This document shows positions 52,825 through 63,436 of a stretch of DNA of 64,000 bases, one piece after another. Under the pieces are notes generated by a model, which did no database searches, was not told the DNA's origin, and was given only the letters and a program-made list of their open reading frames with translations. The translations under genes were made by a program, and so were the position numbers. This DNA comes from an uncultured Alphaproteobacteria bacterium (GTDB lineage: Bacteria; Pseudomonadota; Alphaproteobacteria; Rhizobiales; Xanthobacteraceae), in contig CAWAYC010000018.1 in assembly GCA_963786115.1 (NCBI GenBank), forward strand, positions 95,507 to 159,506. Direction: 5' to 3'. Position 1 is the stretch's first letter; each line of letters starts with the position of its first letter.

Positions 52825-55092
52825 CTACAACGACAGCCCCTCTTTTTCCGCAAACTCGGTCAGCTTCTGCCTGATCGACACGCTGCCGGCCGGCGCATCC
52901 AGTAGCGGTTTGATCATCGCCTCGGCCTTTGCGGCATCGAGGTCGAGGATCAGGGCCTTCACCGGACCGTGCGCGGTCGCCGACAGCGACAGCGAGCGAT
53001 AGCCGAGCGCGATCAGCGCCAGCGCGCCGATCGGCTTCGATGCCATCTCGCCGCACAGCGAGGCGGTTTTCTTCACCGCATTCGCCTTTTGCACGATATC
53101 GCGCAGCGCGCGCAGGATCGGTGCCGACATGGTGTCGAAGCGCTCCGATACCTTGGCGTTGCCGCGATCGACCGCGTACAGGAACTGGAACAAATCGTTC
53201 GAGCCAACCGAGACAAAATCAACGCGCTTCAACAGCTCATCGAGCTGATAGAGCAGCGCCGGCACCTCGACCATGGTACCGACGTCGACGCGCTCCGGCA
53301 GCGAATGGCCGTGCTGTCGCAAGTAAGTCAGTTCGCGCTCGACAATCGCCTTGGCCTGATCGAACTCGGCGACATCGGAGATCATCGGGAACATGATCTT
53401 CAGCGCACGACCTCCGCCGGCCCGCAGCAGCGCGCGAACCTGGCCGCGCAGCAAACCGGGACGGTCCAGCCCGAGCCGGATCGCGCGCCAGCCGAGCGCC
53501 GGATTTTCCTCGACCACCGTTTCCATGTAGGGCAGCGCCTTGTCGCCGCCGATATCGAGGGTGCGGAAGGTGACGGGTTTGGTGCCCGCGGCATCCAGCA
53601 CCGTGCGATAGAGCGCGAGCTGATCGCTGCTGCGCGGCAGGCTGGGGCTCACCATGAACTGCAGCTCGGTGCGAAACAGGCCGATGCCGGCGCTGCCGGT
53701 CTCGTCGATATGCGGCAGGTCGATGGTGAGGCCGGCATTGATCATCAGTTCGACCGGCTGGCCGTCCTTGGTCATGCAGGGCTTGTCGCGCAGCGCTGAA
53801 TATTGCGCCTGCCGCCGGGCGCGAAACCGGACCCGCTCGGCATAGGCGGATTCGATCTCGGCCGAGGGCCGTACGTAGATTTCGCCGGATATGCCGTCGA
53901 CGATGATGGCGTCGCCGGGATCGGCGATGCCGGGCGCGTTCGGCACTCCGCCGACGGCGGGGATTCCGAGCGCGCGGGCCACGATCGAGACGTGGGAATT
54001 CGCAGTGCCTTCCTCGAGCACCAGGCCGCGCAGGCGCTTGCGGTCATAGTCGAGCAGTGCTGCCGGTCCCATCGCACGCGCGATCAGGATGGCGTTGTCG
54101 GGCAATTGCTCGCGCGAGGGCGCATGATCCCGGCCGACCAGTTGGCGCATCAGGCGATGGCCGAGATCCTCGAGGTCGTGCAGGCGGTCGCGCAAATAGG
54201 GGTCGGTCGAGCGCAGCATGCGGGCGCGGGTGTCGGACTGCACGCGCTCCACCGCGGCTTCGGCGGTGAGGCCGGTGCCGACCGCTTCATGCAGCTTGTG
54301 CGACCAGCCGTGGTCGTTGGCGAACATGCGGTAGGCTTCCAGCACATCGCGGTGCTCGCCGCCGTCGGCGACGTCGCCGCGCTCCAGCATGCGGTCGAGG
54401 TCGGCGCGCAACTTGGTCAGCGCCAGCTCCAGCCGCTTGATCTCCTTCGGCAGGTCCTCGGCGATGTAGTTGGTGATGACGACGCGTGGCTCGTGCAGCA
54501 CGACATGGCCGAGCGCGATGCCGTCGGACAGCACCGCGCCCGATTTGTGCAGGGAATGCCGCGCCGCTGGCTCGGCGCCGGGCTGCGCCAGAGCCGACAA
54601 CTCGCCGGAGGCGATCATCTCCGCCAGCACCATGGCGGTGGTCTGCAGCGCCTCGACCTCTTCCTCGACATAGGTGCGCTTGGCGCGGTTCTGGACGACC
54701 AGCACGCCGAGCGTGTTGCCGGCGCGCAGGATCGGCACGCCGAGGAAGGAATGGTAGATTTCTTCGCCGGTTTCCGGACGGTAGGAGAAGGCGGGGTGGC
54801 TCTGCGCGTCGCTCAGGTTGAGCGGTGTCGCCTCGCTGGCGACGAGGCCGACGAGGCCCTCATGGGCGCTCAGCACCGTCCTGTGGACGGCGTCGCGGTT
54901 CAAACCTTCGGTTGCATAGAGTTCCAGCGTGTTATCGACGCGCAGCACATAGGTCGAGCAGACCTCGGCCACCATATTGGCCGCGATCAGCACCACGATC
55001 TTGTCCAGCCGTTCCTGGGCTGAAACCTGCTCCGCCATGGTTTCGCGGAGCCGTCTCAGCAAGACGCGGGGGCCTCCCGACGCGCTCCGCAT
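52825..55092 (-). CDS. ptsP: PTS enzyme I-Ntr (GAF-EI)
   Basis: N-terminal GAF; SHVSI phospho-His, GLFRTE, RTLDIGGDK, GSNDL, CGE. Confidence 0.97.
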   Translation of the reverse strand: MRSASGGPRVLLRRLRETMAEQVSAQERLDKIVVLIAANMVAEVCSTYVLRVDNTLELYATEGLNRDAVHRTVLSAHEGLVGLVASEATPLNLSDAQSHPAFSYRPETGEEIYHSFLGVPILRAGNTLGVLVVQNRAKRTYVEEEVEALQTTAMVLAEMIASGELSALAQPGAEPAARHSLHKSGAVLSDGIALGHVVLHEPRVVITNYIAEDLPKEIKRLELALTKLRADLDRMLERGDVADGGEHRDVLEAYRMFANDHGWSHKLHEAVGTGLTAEAAVERVQSDTRARMLRSTDPYLRDRLHDLEDLGHRLMRQLVGRDHAPSREQLPDNAILIARAMGPAALLDYDRKRLRGLVLEEGTANSHVSIVARALGIPAVGGVPNAPGIADPGDAIIVDGISGEIYVRPSAEIESAYAERVRFRARRQAQYSALRDKPCMTKDGQPVELMINAGLTIDLPHIDETGSAGIGLFRTELQFMVSPSLPRSSDQLALYRTVLDAAGTKPVTFRTLDIGGDKALPYMETVVEENPALGWRAIRLGLDRPGLLRGQVRALLRAGGGRALKIMFPMISDVAEFDQAKAIVERELTYLRQHGHSLPERVDVGTMVEVPALLYQLDELLKRVDFVSVGSNDLFQFLYAVDRGNAKVSERFDTMSAPILRALRDIVQKANAVKKTASLCGEMASKPIGALALIALGYRSLSLSATAHGPVKALILDLDAAKAEAMIKPLLDAPAGSVSIRQKLTEFAEKEGLSL

Positions 55093-55406
55093 GTGCCGAA
55101 ATCCTCCTCCTCAGAAGCCAGCACGCCGGGTGGCCGGTAGCTGGCGCAAAACTCGACAAATCCAACAATTTTAATCATTCGGCGCTGCCGCAAGCTCGCA
55201 TCTCGGCCGAATCGGGAATGCCAGAACTGTGGCACAGTTTGCGGCAGCCCACCTATCAGGCCGTATAGCCAATCGAGGCTTGTTTTGCCAAGCAAAACGC
55301 CTGCCAGAGGCAATAACGTCTCTGTCAGCCCCGTGCTGCGCCAGCGAAGTGCATGTTCCGCCAGGCGTGCGCGCCTTGGCGATCAAACCGGAAAGAGAAA
55401 AATCGT

Positions 55407-56663
55407 CTAAGCTTGGTCCAACCCGTAGAGCGTGTGTAGCGTTCGCACGGCGAGTTCGGTGTACGCGGCATCGATCAGCACCGAGAACTTGATCTCGGAG
55501 GTGGTGATGGCGCGGATGTTGATATTGCGCGCGGCGAGCGCGGTGAAGGCCTGCGCCGCGACGCCGGCATGGCTTCGCATGCCGCTGCCGATCACGGAAA
55601 CCTTGGCCACGTCGGTGGCGCTGTCGAGGCGCGCGTAGCCGATTCTGGCCTTGGCCGAGGTGATGGTGTCGCGGGCGCGGTTATAGTCGGAGGCCGGAAC
55701 CGTGAACGTGAGGTCGGTGGTCTTGCCGTCCTCGGAGACGTTCTGCACGATCATGTCGACGTTGATATTGGCATCCGCCAACGGACCGAAGATCGACGCG
55801 GCGACGCCCGGCTTGTCCTCGATCTGGCGCACGGAAATCTGGGCTTCGTCCTTGGAGAAGGCGATGCCGGTGACGACGTGGCTTTCCATGATTTCCTCCT
55901 CGCTGCAGATCAGCGTGCCCGGCGGCTGCTTGGCGTGCGGGTCGATATCCTCGGGCTTGTCGAAGCTGGAACGGACGAAGATCGGCATGTTGTGCACCAT
56001 GCCGAGTTCCACCGAGCGCACCTGCAGCACCTTGGCGCCCTGGGACGCCAGTTCCAGCATGTCCTCGAACGCGATCTTGTCGAGCCGGCGCGCCTTCGGC
56101 ACGACCCGCGGGTCGGTGGTGTAGACGCCGTCGACGTCGGTGTAGATGTCGCAGCGGTCGGCATGGATGGCGGCGGCGATCGCCACCGCCGAGGTGTCGG
56201 AGCCGCCGCGGCCGAGCGTGGTGATTCGGTTGGTCTGCGGGTTGATGCCCTGGAAGCCGGCGATGACGGCGACCTCCTTGCGCTCCTTGAAGCGGTTGAC
56301 GATCTCGCTGCCGTCGATCTCCAGGATCCGCGCCGAGGCGTGGGCATCTGACGTCCTGATCGGGATCTGCCAGCCCTGCCAGGAGCGCGCCTGGATTCCG
56401 ATGGCCTGCAGCGCGATGGCGAGCAGGCCCGAAGTGACCTGTTCGCCGGAGGCGACTATAGCGTCATATTCGCGCGCGTCATGCATAGGCGAGGCTTCGC
56501 TGCACCATGCAACGAGCTCGTTGGTCTTGCCGGACATTGCCGAGACCACCACGGCGACGTCGTGGCCGGCGTCGACCTCGCGTTTCACATGGCGCGCGAC
56601 GTTGCGGATACGGTCGATATTGGCGACGGATGTGCCGCCGAATTTCATCACGAGGCGGCCCAT
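55407..56663 (-). CDS. lysC: Aspartate kinase
   Basis: VMKFGGTSV, TLGRGGSD, TDVDGV, ACT domains. Confidence 0.97.
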   Translation of the reverse strand: MGRLVMKFGGTSVANIDRIRNVARHVKREVDAGHDVAVVVSAMSGKTNELVAWCSEASPMHDAREYDAIVASGEQVTSGLLAIALQAIGIQARSWQGWQIPIRTSDAHASARILEIDGSEIVNRFKERKEVAVIAGFQGINPQTNRITTLGRGGSDTSAVAIAAAIHADRCDIYTDVDGVYTTDPRVVPKARRLDKIAFEDMLELASQGAKVLQVRSVELGMVHNMPIFVRSSFDKPEDIDPHAKQPPGTLICSEEEIMESHVVTGIAFSKDEAQISVRQIEDKPGVAASIFGPLADANINVDMIVQNVSEDGKTTDLTFTVPASDYNRARDTITSAKARIGYARLDSATDVAKVSVIGSGMRSHAGVAAQAFTALAARNINIRAITTSEIKFSVLIDAAYTELAVRTLHTLYGLDQA

Positions 56664-56834
56664 GACGACGCGTGCATTCCCTGAAAGGTTAGGTAAGGTG
56701 ACCCGCACTTAAACCGAGGCGCGGGGACCGAAACGCGCGTATACCTAGCGGCGCGGCCGGGGGCAAGCGGGTTCGTGCCATCCCCCGAGAGGTCGTGGGA
56801 AGGCTGTGGCGGAGGGGTAACTGAGGCTGGACGT

Positions 56835-57323
56835 ATGGGGCGCTATATCGACGAAATCCTGCAGCCCGGCGAGAGGGTGCTGTATTCGACCAACGCGCAT
56901 TGGATGTTCTATTTGCCGGCGATCGCGGCGTGGGTCCTGGCAGCGGTCCTGTTCTTCCTGTCGCGCTCGACCACGACCGAGGGGCTCGTGCTTTTGTGCC
57001 TGGTGGGATCCGGCCTGGTCGCGCTCGCGGCATTGTACTGGACCATCACGGCATGGTTCCTGCGCTGGACCACCGAGACCGACGTCACCAATTTCCGGAT
57101 TGTCCACAAGACCGGCTTCATCAAGCGCCGCACCTTCGAGATGAGCGTCGACAAGGTCGAAAGCGTGGACGTCAATCAGAGTATTCTCGGCCGCATCATG
57201 AACTACGGCGACGTGACCATCATGGGCGTCGGCGAGGGCAGGGAAACCATCCGCTCCATCGACTCGCCGCTGGCGTTTCGCAATTCCATCACCGTACGAC
57301 CGCTCGGCGCGCATCACCCATGA
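56835..57323 (+). CDS. Bacterial PH-domain membrane protein
   Basis: LQPGE, TNFRIVHKTG, ESVDVNQS..YGDV. Confidence 0.85.
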   Translation: MGRYIDEILQPGERVLYSTNAHWMFYLPAIAAWVLAAVLFFLSRSTTTEGLVLLCLVGSGLVALAALYWTITAWFLRWTTETDVTNFRIVHKTGFIKRRTFEMSVDKVESVDVNQSILGRIMNYGDVTIMGVGEGRETIRSIDSPLAFRNSITVRPLGAHHP

Positions 57324-58090
57324 CCATGCAACAAAACTCTTCCGCCAGCCGGTCCAGTGTGTCGGGCAGTTCCGTCGACCCCGCCGAAGTCGCGAAATTC
57401 TCAAAACTGTCTGACGAGTGGTGGGATCCGCGCGGCAAAATGGCGCCGCTGCACAAGATCAATCCGCTGCGGCTGACCTATATCCGCGACGCCGCCTGCC
57501 GCAAGTTCGAGCGCAACGTGCGAAGCCTGAATTGCCTGGGGGGCTTGCGCATCCTCGATATCGGCTGCGGGGCCGGGCTGTTGTGCGAGCCGTTCACCCG
57601 GCTCGGCGCGCAGGTGATCGGGATCGATCCCTCGGCCAGCAATATCGCCGCGGCGCGGCTGCACGCCGAGAAGGGCCATCTGTCGATCGACTATCGCTGC
57701 ACCACGGTCGAGGACATGGACGTGCGCGAACGCTTCGATATCGTGCTGGCGATGGAAGTGGTCGAGCACGTCACCGATGTCGGCGCCTTCCTCAAGCGCT
57801 GCACGGCGATGCTCAAGCCCGGCGGCCTGATGGTGGTCTCGACCCTGAACCGCAACTGGAAGAGCTTTGCGCTCGCCATCGTCGGCGCCGAATACGTGCT
57901 GCGCTGGCTGCCGCGCGGCACCCATCAATGGAACAAGTTCGTCACCCCCGACGAACTCGCGCACCATCTCGCTGACAACAACCTCACCATCACCGAACAG
58001 GCCGGCGTGATCTACAACCCGCTCGCCGACAAATGGACCATCTCGTCGGACATGGACGTGAACTACATGGTGGTGGCTGAGGGGTTGTAG
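57320..58090 (+). CDS. ubiG: Ubiquinone biosynthesis O-methyltransferase
   Basis: EVAKF..WWDP, LHKINPLR, LDIGCGAG, EVVEH, GAEY..PRGTH, DVNY. Confidence 0.97.
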   Translation: MTMQQNSSASRSSVSGSSVDPAEVAKFSKLSDEWWDPRGKMAPLHKINPLRLTYIRDAACRKFERNVRSLNCLGGLRILDIGCGAGLLCEPFTRLGAQVIGIDPSASNIAAARLHAEKGHLSIDYRCTTVEDMDVRERFDIVLAMEVVEHVTDVGAFLKRCTAMLKPGGLMVVSTLNRNWKSFALAIVGAEYVLRWLPRGTHQWNKFVTPDELAHHLADNNLTITEQAGVIYNPLADKWTISSDMDVNYMVVAEGL

Positions 58091-58221
58091 CAAAATCAAG
58101 CGTCGTCCTGCGCAGGGACAACATCGCAGTCGGTGTCGCATGCAATCCTGACGGTTGACCGTAACCGTTGGGCCCGGCACGGTGCTGATGACTTTCAGCC
58201 CGCCCGGTGATTTTTCCGCAC

Positions 58222-59121
58222 ATGTTCACGATTTCCACGCTCTGGATTCCCTTCACCATCGTTGCCGCAGTCGGGCAGGTCGCGCGCAATGCGATGCAGC
58301 GGTCGTTGACGCGGCCGCTCGGCACCTGGGGCGCGACCAATATCCGCTTCCTGTTCGGGTTTCCGTTCTCGGTCGTTTTCTTCGCAATCGTGGTGATCGT
58401 AAGCGGCGACCGCGTGCCATGGCCCACCGCGGCCTTCTGGCCGTGGTTGATGCTGGGTGCACTGAGCCAGATTGTCGCCACCGGGCTGATGCTGCTGGCG
58501 ATGAATGACCGCGGCTTCGTAGTGACGACGGCCTATTTGAAGACCGAGGCGATCCAGACTGCGATCTTCGGGTTCATCTTCCTCGGCGATCATCTCACCG
58601 TGCTGAAGGTGATTGCGATCCTGATCGCCACCATCGGCGTCGTCATCACTGCGTTGCGGCCGGGCGCGGAAAAGAGTTTTGCGGAATTGAAGCCGACCAT
58701 CATTGGCCTGGTGGCGGCCGCCGCCTTCGCGCTGTCGGCGATCGGCTTTCGCGGCGCGATCATCACCGTGCCCGGCGTCTCCTTCGTGACGGCGGCGTCC
58801 TACACGCTGGTATTCGGCCTGTTCGTGCAGACGCTGGTGCTGTCGATCTATCTCCTGGCGCGGGCGCCCAAGGTGCTCAGGGCCATTCTCGGCCTGTGGA
58901 AACCGTCGATGCTGGCGGGCTTCATGGGCGCATTCGCCTCGCAATTCTGGTTTCTGGCGTTTGCACTCACCGCCGCGGCGAACGTACGCACGCTGGCGCT
59001 GGTCGAGGTGCTGTTCGCGCAGGGGGTTGCGTATTACTCGTTCAAGCAGCCGCTCTCGGTGCGCGAACTGTCGGGCATCGTCCTGATCGTGGTCGGGGTG
59101 GCGCTGCTGGTAGCCGTCTGA
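58222..59121 (+). CDS. DMT family membrane protein
   Basis: About 10 TM; RNAMQR, YLKTE, SQFWF. Confidence 0.82.
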   Translation: MFTISTLWIPFTIVAAVGQVARNAMQRSLTRPLGTWGATNIRFLFGFPFSVVFFAIVVIVSGDRVPWPTAAFWPWLMLGALSQIVATGLMLLAMNDRGFVVTTAYLKTEAIQTAIFGFIFLGDHLTVLKVIAILIATIGVVITALRPGAEKSFAELKPTIIGLVAAAAFALSAIGFRGAIITVPGVSFVTAASYTLVFGLFVQTLVLSIYLLARAPKVLRAILGLWKPSMLAGFMGAFASQFWFLAFALTAAANVRTLALVEVLFAQGVAYYSFKQPLSVRELSGIVLIVVGVALLVAV

Positions 59122-59598
59122 TCAGTTCCGGTCGTCCGGCAGCACCGGCAGCGGCGAGACTTCGACGCCTTCATCGATCAGCGCCTTGGCTTCCTCGGGT
59201 GATGCTTCGCCGTAGATCGGGCGATGCTCGATGTCGCCGTAATGCATCTTGCGCGCTTCGTTGGGGAAGCGCTCGCCGACATTGTCGGCATTCTTGACGA
59301 TGTGATCGCGCAATTCCTTGAGCTTGGCGCGCAGCTCCCGCTCCTGCGCCATGAGCAGCGGCGTGGACTCGCCGGCCGGCGTCTCCACTGGCGCGGACTC
59401 CACAGGTGCGGGGACAGCGTTTTGGCGTCCCTTCTTGCTGACGATCTGCGGCGCCATGATCGCCTTTTCGACCTTGGTGGAATCGCAGACCGGACAGGTC
59501 ACGAGCTTGCGCCGAACCTGCGTATCGTAGGCAGAGGAACTCTGGAACCAGCTTTCGAACGCGTGGCCCCGGTCGCAACGCAGGGTATATCGGATCAT
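59122..59598 (-). CDS. DUF1178 protein
   Basis: MIRYTLRC..H.FESWF, CPVC, FPNEARKMHYG, IYGEA. Confidence 0.9.
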   Translation of the reverse strand: MIRYTLRCDRGHAFESWFQSSSAYDTQVRRKLVTCPVCDSTKVEKAIMAPQIVSKKGRQNAVPAPVESAPVETPAGESTPLLMAQERELRAKLKELRDHIVKNADNVGERFPNEARKMHYGDIEHRPIYGEASPEEAKALIDEGVEVSPLPVLPDDRN

Positions 59599-60473
59599 GC
59601 CGAACCCCGGACGAGGTGCAGATGCTCCGGACCGGCCTTCGGATCGGCGATGCCAAAGCGGCGGCCATGCTGCAGCGACGGCACGGTCTTGCGCGCGGTC
59701 TCGACTTTCGCCGGATCGATCTTTGCCAGGAACACGCCGGGCTCGACGCCGCCCTCGGCGATTACCTCGCCCCAGGGGTTGACGATCAGCGAATGGCCAA
59801 AGGTTTCGCGCTTGTTCTCGTGCAGCCCGGCTTGCGCCGCCGCGAACACGAAACAGCCGGTCTCGATCGCGCGGGAACGCAGCAGGACGTGCCAATGCGC
59901 CTCGCCGGTCTTGCGGGTGAAGGCGGAGGGCACGGTGAGGAACGACGCACCGCTCTCGGCCAGCGCACGATAGAGCGCCGGAAAGCGCACGTCGTAGCAG
60001 ATCGTCAGCCCGATGCGGCCCCACGGCAGGTCCGAAATCACGGCGGTTTCGCCCGGCTGGTAGTTGGCTGATTCGCGATAGCTCTCGCCGCCGGGCAGGT
60101 CGATGTCGAACATGTGGATCTTGTCGTAGCTCGCCAGCAGATTGCCGTCGGGTCCGATCAGGAAGGAGCGGTTGACCGCCTTCTCCGGAGAGAAGCGCAG
60201 CGCCAGCGAGCCGATATGGAGGTGGATCTTCAACTCCGCGGCAAGCGCGCGATAGGCTTTCAGCGACTTGTCGTCCTCTTCGCTCGCGAGATGCTCGAAC
60301 AGCGCCTTGCGGTTCAGCTGCATCATGTTGCTCACCTCGGGGGTGAGCACGTAGTCGGCGCCTTGCGCCGCCGCCTCGCGGACCAGCTTGATGCCCTGCT
60401 CCAGGCTCGGCTCCGGCAACAGGGAGGTGCGCATCTGCACCATGGCGGCGGTAAACGTATTATCCGTGCTCAT
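59595..60473 (-). CDS. Carbon-nitrogen hydrolase (Nit1/deaminated glutathione amidase-like)
   Basis: TPE, YDKIHMFD, ICYDVRFP triad; TGEAHW, RAIETG. Confidence 0.93.
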   Translation of the reverse strand: MSTDNTFTAAMVQMRTSLLPEPSLEQGIKLVREAAAQGADYVLTPEVSNMMQLNRKALFEHLASEEDDKSLKAYRALAAELKIHLHIGSLALRFSPEKAVNRSFLIGPDGNLLASYDKIHMFDIDLPGGESYRESANYQPGETAVISDLPWGRIGLTICYDVRFPALYRALAESGASFLTVPSAFTRKTGEAHWHVLLRSRAIETGCFVFAAAQAGLHENKRETFGHSLIVNPWGEVIAEGGVEPGVFLAKIDPAKVETARKTVPSLQHGRRFGIADPKAGPEHLHLVRGSA

Positions 60474-60745
60474 GAAGCGGCGCTTTCGCTGGCCAACAGG
60501 GAATCAAGCCTGCCCTCGCGGTCGAGGGCGTAGAGCTCGTCGCAGCCGCCGACATGGGTCTCGCCGACGAAGATCTGCGGAAAGGTCGAGCCGGCGCCGG
60601 CACGCTGGTACATTTGCTCGCGATAGGCCGGGTCGCTGGCAACGTTCAACTCGGTGAAGGCGGCATTCTTGCGCGTCAAAAGCGACTTGGCCGCGGTGCA
60701 GTAGCCGCAGCCCGGACGGGTGTAGATCTCGATGGCAGCGGTCAT
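60470..60745 (-). CDS. grxC: Glutaredoxin 3
   Basis: CGYC, TFPQIF, GGCDEL. Confidence 0.95.
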   Translation of the reverse strand: MTAAIEIYTRPGCGYCTAAKSLLTRKNAAFTELNVASDPAYREQMYQRAGAGSTFPQIFVGETHVGGCDELYALDREGRLDSLLASESAAS

Positions 60746-60774
60746 GGCGCGCTCTGTTGGTCTGATATGATGGA

Positions 60775-61585
60775 CTATATGGGAGCTTTGTGGGTGTCGA
60801 CAACCCGGGCGAACACCAGCACGTCGACCCGTGCCGCTTTGGCACGCAATAGAGCCCGTGCGCAGGCGTCCGTGGTGGCGCCGGAGGTCAGGACATCGTC
60901 GATCAGGACAACGCGGCGGCCGGCAATGTCAGCGTTGCGTTCGGCTGCGACCTTGAATGCGCCCTGGACATTGCTGGCGCGCTGCGCGCGGGACAGCCCG
61001 ATCTGCTGCTCGGTCGCCCGGACGCGCCGCAGCGCCTCGGAGGCCACCTTGACACCGCTCTCGCGGGAAATGACGCGCGCGAGCGCGCCGGACTGGTTGA
61101 AGCGGCGGCTCCAGCCGCGCCGCCAGTGCAGCGGAACCGGAACCAGTATGTCGGCATCGGCGAGCAATTCCTGGCCCGCCCGCGCCATCCAGCGACCCAT
61201 GGTCGGCGCGAGATCGGTGCGGTCCTGGTATTTCAGCGCATGCACCAGCGTGCGCGCGACGTCGTCATAGCGCACGGCGGCCCGGGCGCGTTGATACGCC
61301 GGCGGATTGGCGATCGCCTCCATCGACAACAGTTCTGGGCCGGGATCGTAGACGAAGGGAATGCCGAGCCGCGGACAGAACGGCGGCGCGATGAACGACA
61401 GTTTCGTCCAGCACTCGGCGCAGACGCCCTCGCCATCGACCGGCTCGCGGCAGGAAACGCACAGCGTCGGCAGCGCGATGTCGAGCGCGAGCCGCGACGC
61501 CGCCGCCCAGGCGCCGCTCGACGGCGTCAAGCACGCCGCGCAGACGGCCGGAGATGGAGCGTGATGGTGATACCTCGGCGTCCAT
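60775..61585 (-). CDS. comF: ComF family protein (apparent frameshift near 61520)
   Basis: CVSC/CAEC/CPR zinc ribbon, VPLH, RFNQS, DDVLTSGAT; likely N-terminus MDAEVSPSR is in another frame. Confidence 0.88.
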
Positions 61586-61664
61586 GGCGGAGAGGCTAAC
61601 GCCGCATGGTGCAACGCTCAAGCACCGGATTGCCAGAGACCGGGTCCACGGCGTACCAACCACC

Positions 61665-62505
61665 ATGGCTGCAAACCAAAATACCGCACCTGTGCTGTTC
61701 GACCGCGCGCTGCTGCGCAGGCGGCTGCACCGCGCGCGGCGCGAGCCGGTTACCTTCCTGCTCGACCGCGTGATCGAGGACATGGAGGAGCGCGTGCAGG
61801 CCGTGACGCGGAATTTTTCCATCGCGGCGGACATCTGGACGCCGGGTGCGGGACTTCAGGGCTCATTGCGCGACCGCGTCGGCGCCATCACCCGTATCGA
61901 TCTCGGTGAGTTCCGAACTTCTGCCGCTGCAGCCGGAATCGCTCGATCTCGCACTCTCCGCGCTGGCCTTCCAGTTCGTCAACGATCTGCCGGGGGTGCT
62001 GGCACAAATCCGCCGTGCGCTCAAACCCGACGGGCTGTTGCTGGCGGCGATGGTCGGCGGCGATTCGCTGACCGAGCTTCGGCAATCCTTTGCCGCCGCG
62101 GAAGCCGAGTGCGAGGGCGGGGTGTCGCCGCGCGTCGCGCCGTTCGCCGACCTGCGCGATATCGGCAGCCTGCTGCAACGCGCCGGCTTTGCGCTGCCGG
62201 TCACCGACGTCGACCGCGTCGTGGTGCGCTACGACAGTGCCTTTGCGCTGATGCAGGATTTGAGGCGGATGGGCGCGACCAATATTTTGCTCGAGCGGCG
62301 GCGGACGCCGACCCGCCGCGCCACGCTGTTGCGGATGGCGCAGATCTACGGCGAGCGCTTTGCAGACTCGGACGGCCGCATCCGCGCCACCTTCGACGTC
62401 ATCTGGCTGTCCGGCTGGGCGCCGCATGAAAGCCAGCCGAAGCCGCTGCGCCCAGGTTCGGCGAAGGCGAGTCTCGAAGCGGCGGTGAAGAAGGCAAAGA
62501 GCTAG
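61665..62505 (+). CDS. BioC/NDUFAF5-like SAM methyltransferase (frameshift near 61911)
   Basis: LFDRALL in one frame; NDLPG, LKPDG, LTELR, PRVAPF, AGFALPVTD, PLRPGSA in the next; GES interrupted by an extra T (gagttcc). Confidence 0.88.
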
Positions 62506-62759
62506 CCGGCAATTCAGGGTTCGCGCGAAATGATGGTGCTACGTGACTTCGCTCCGCAGGATGAAACGGCGCTCGGCCGCGCCGCGCTGGCGGCGAGCGT
62601 GTCCCGGCTGCGCATGGGATTCATCAAGCTGCGCGAAGCGCCGGGCGGCGATGATTGTTGGCGGCATCTTTGCGAGACGATGGAAGGCGGCGATTTCAGC
62701 TAACGGAGCGTGCGCGTTGAGAGAAAATTCGCTCGCGATATCAACGCAATTCGCCTCAT

Positions 62760-63235
62760 CCAGTCCTTCGGAAAAAAATAAATCGCTTAAACTTGGCGGC
62801 GAATCGGTTTTTGACTCGGCCCGTCTCACCCGATGAGAGGGGCGGGTCGCGATCGTCACGAACGCGCGGTGGGATGCGGTGGACGCGAGAGCTGTGACTG
62901 ACGAGCGCAGCTGACGCGTACGGCGAAGTCGTGTGGTCCTGGCGCCGCGATGCTGGCGCCAAGTTCGCAAGAAGCCAGGCTTCTGCGGGCGACGGTGGCA
63001 AGAAAGCCCGTTCACCGGGGAGAGCCCGAAGTAAGCCGTCAAGCCATCGCGCAGGGAAAGCCGGAATGCCTCCGCTGGACCTGTATGCTCGTGTGCGCAT
63101 TTCTTTGCACAATTTGCACACGAGACCGCGGGTGCAGCGCGCACCCGGCTTTCCCTGCGCCCTCTTCGTTTTCGAGAGGGCGAAACGAACCGCAAGCCTC
63201 GGGCAAAACATGCCGCGAGAATGCAGACACACATC
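62760..63235. ncRNA. Large structured intergenic element (candidate ncRNA or non-autonomous mobile element)
   Basis: Perfect 16-bp long-range helix 63049-63064/63145-63160 enclosing a 9-bp helix 63088-63096/63116-63124; further hairpins at 62940-62961, 62966-62987, 63158-63182; boundaries approximate. Confidence 0.55.
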
Positions 63236-63272
63236 CCCTCGCTGTTTGACAAGTAAATCAGAAACCAACCCC

Positions 63273-63409
63273 GTCATTGCGAGGAGCCTTTGCGACGAAG
63301 CAATCCATGTCTCGGCAAGCCGCGAGATGGATTGCTTCGCTCCGCTCGCAATGACGTGGAACGGGCGGCGCGCTCACCCCGCCTCGTCATTCGCTTCGCT
63401 CGCAATGAC
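63273..63409. repeat. Family B REP element plus partial copy
   Basis: GTCATTGCGAG..GCAATCCA..TGGATTGCTTC..GCAATGAC (63273-63355) and a short copy at 63386-63409. Confidence 0.8.
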
Positions 63410-63436
63410 GCGGAGAGGTCGTCGGGCGTGTCGTCG

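Noticed and set aside
55229-55245. Sigma-54 promoter-like TGGCAC motifs (also 8501)
   Set aside because: The GG to GC spacing does not fit the -24/-12 consensus.
63121-63160. Group II intron domain V
   Set aside because: A hairpin is present, but the canonical catalytic triad/bulge geometry and an RT ORF are not evident.
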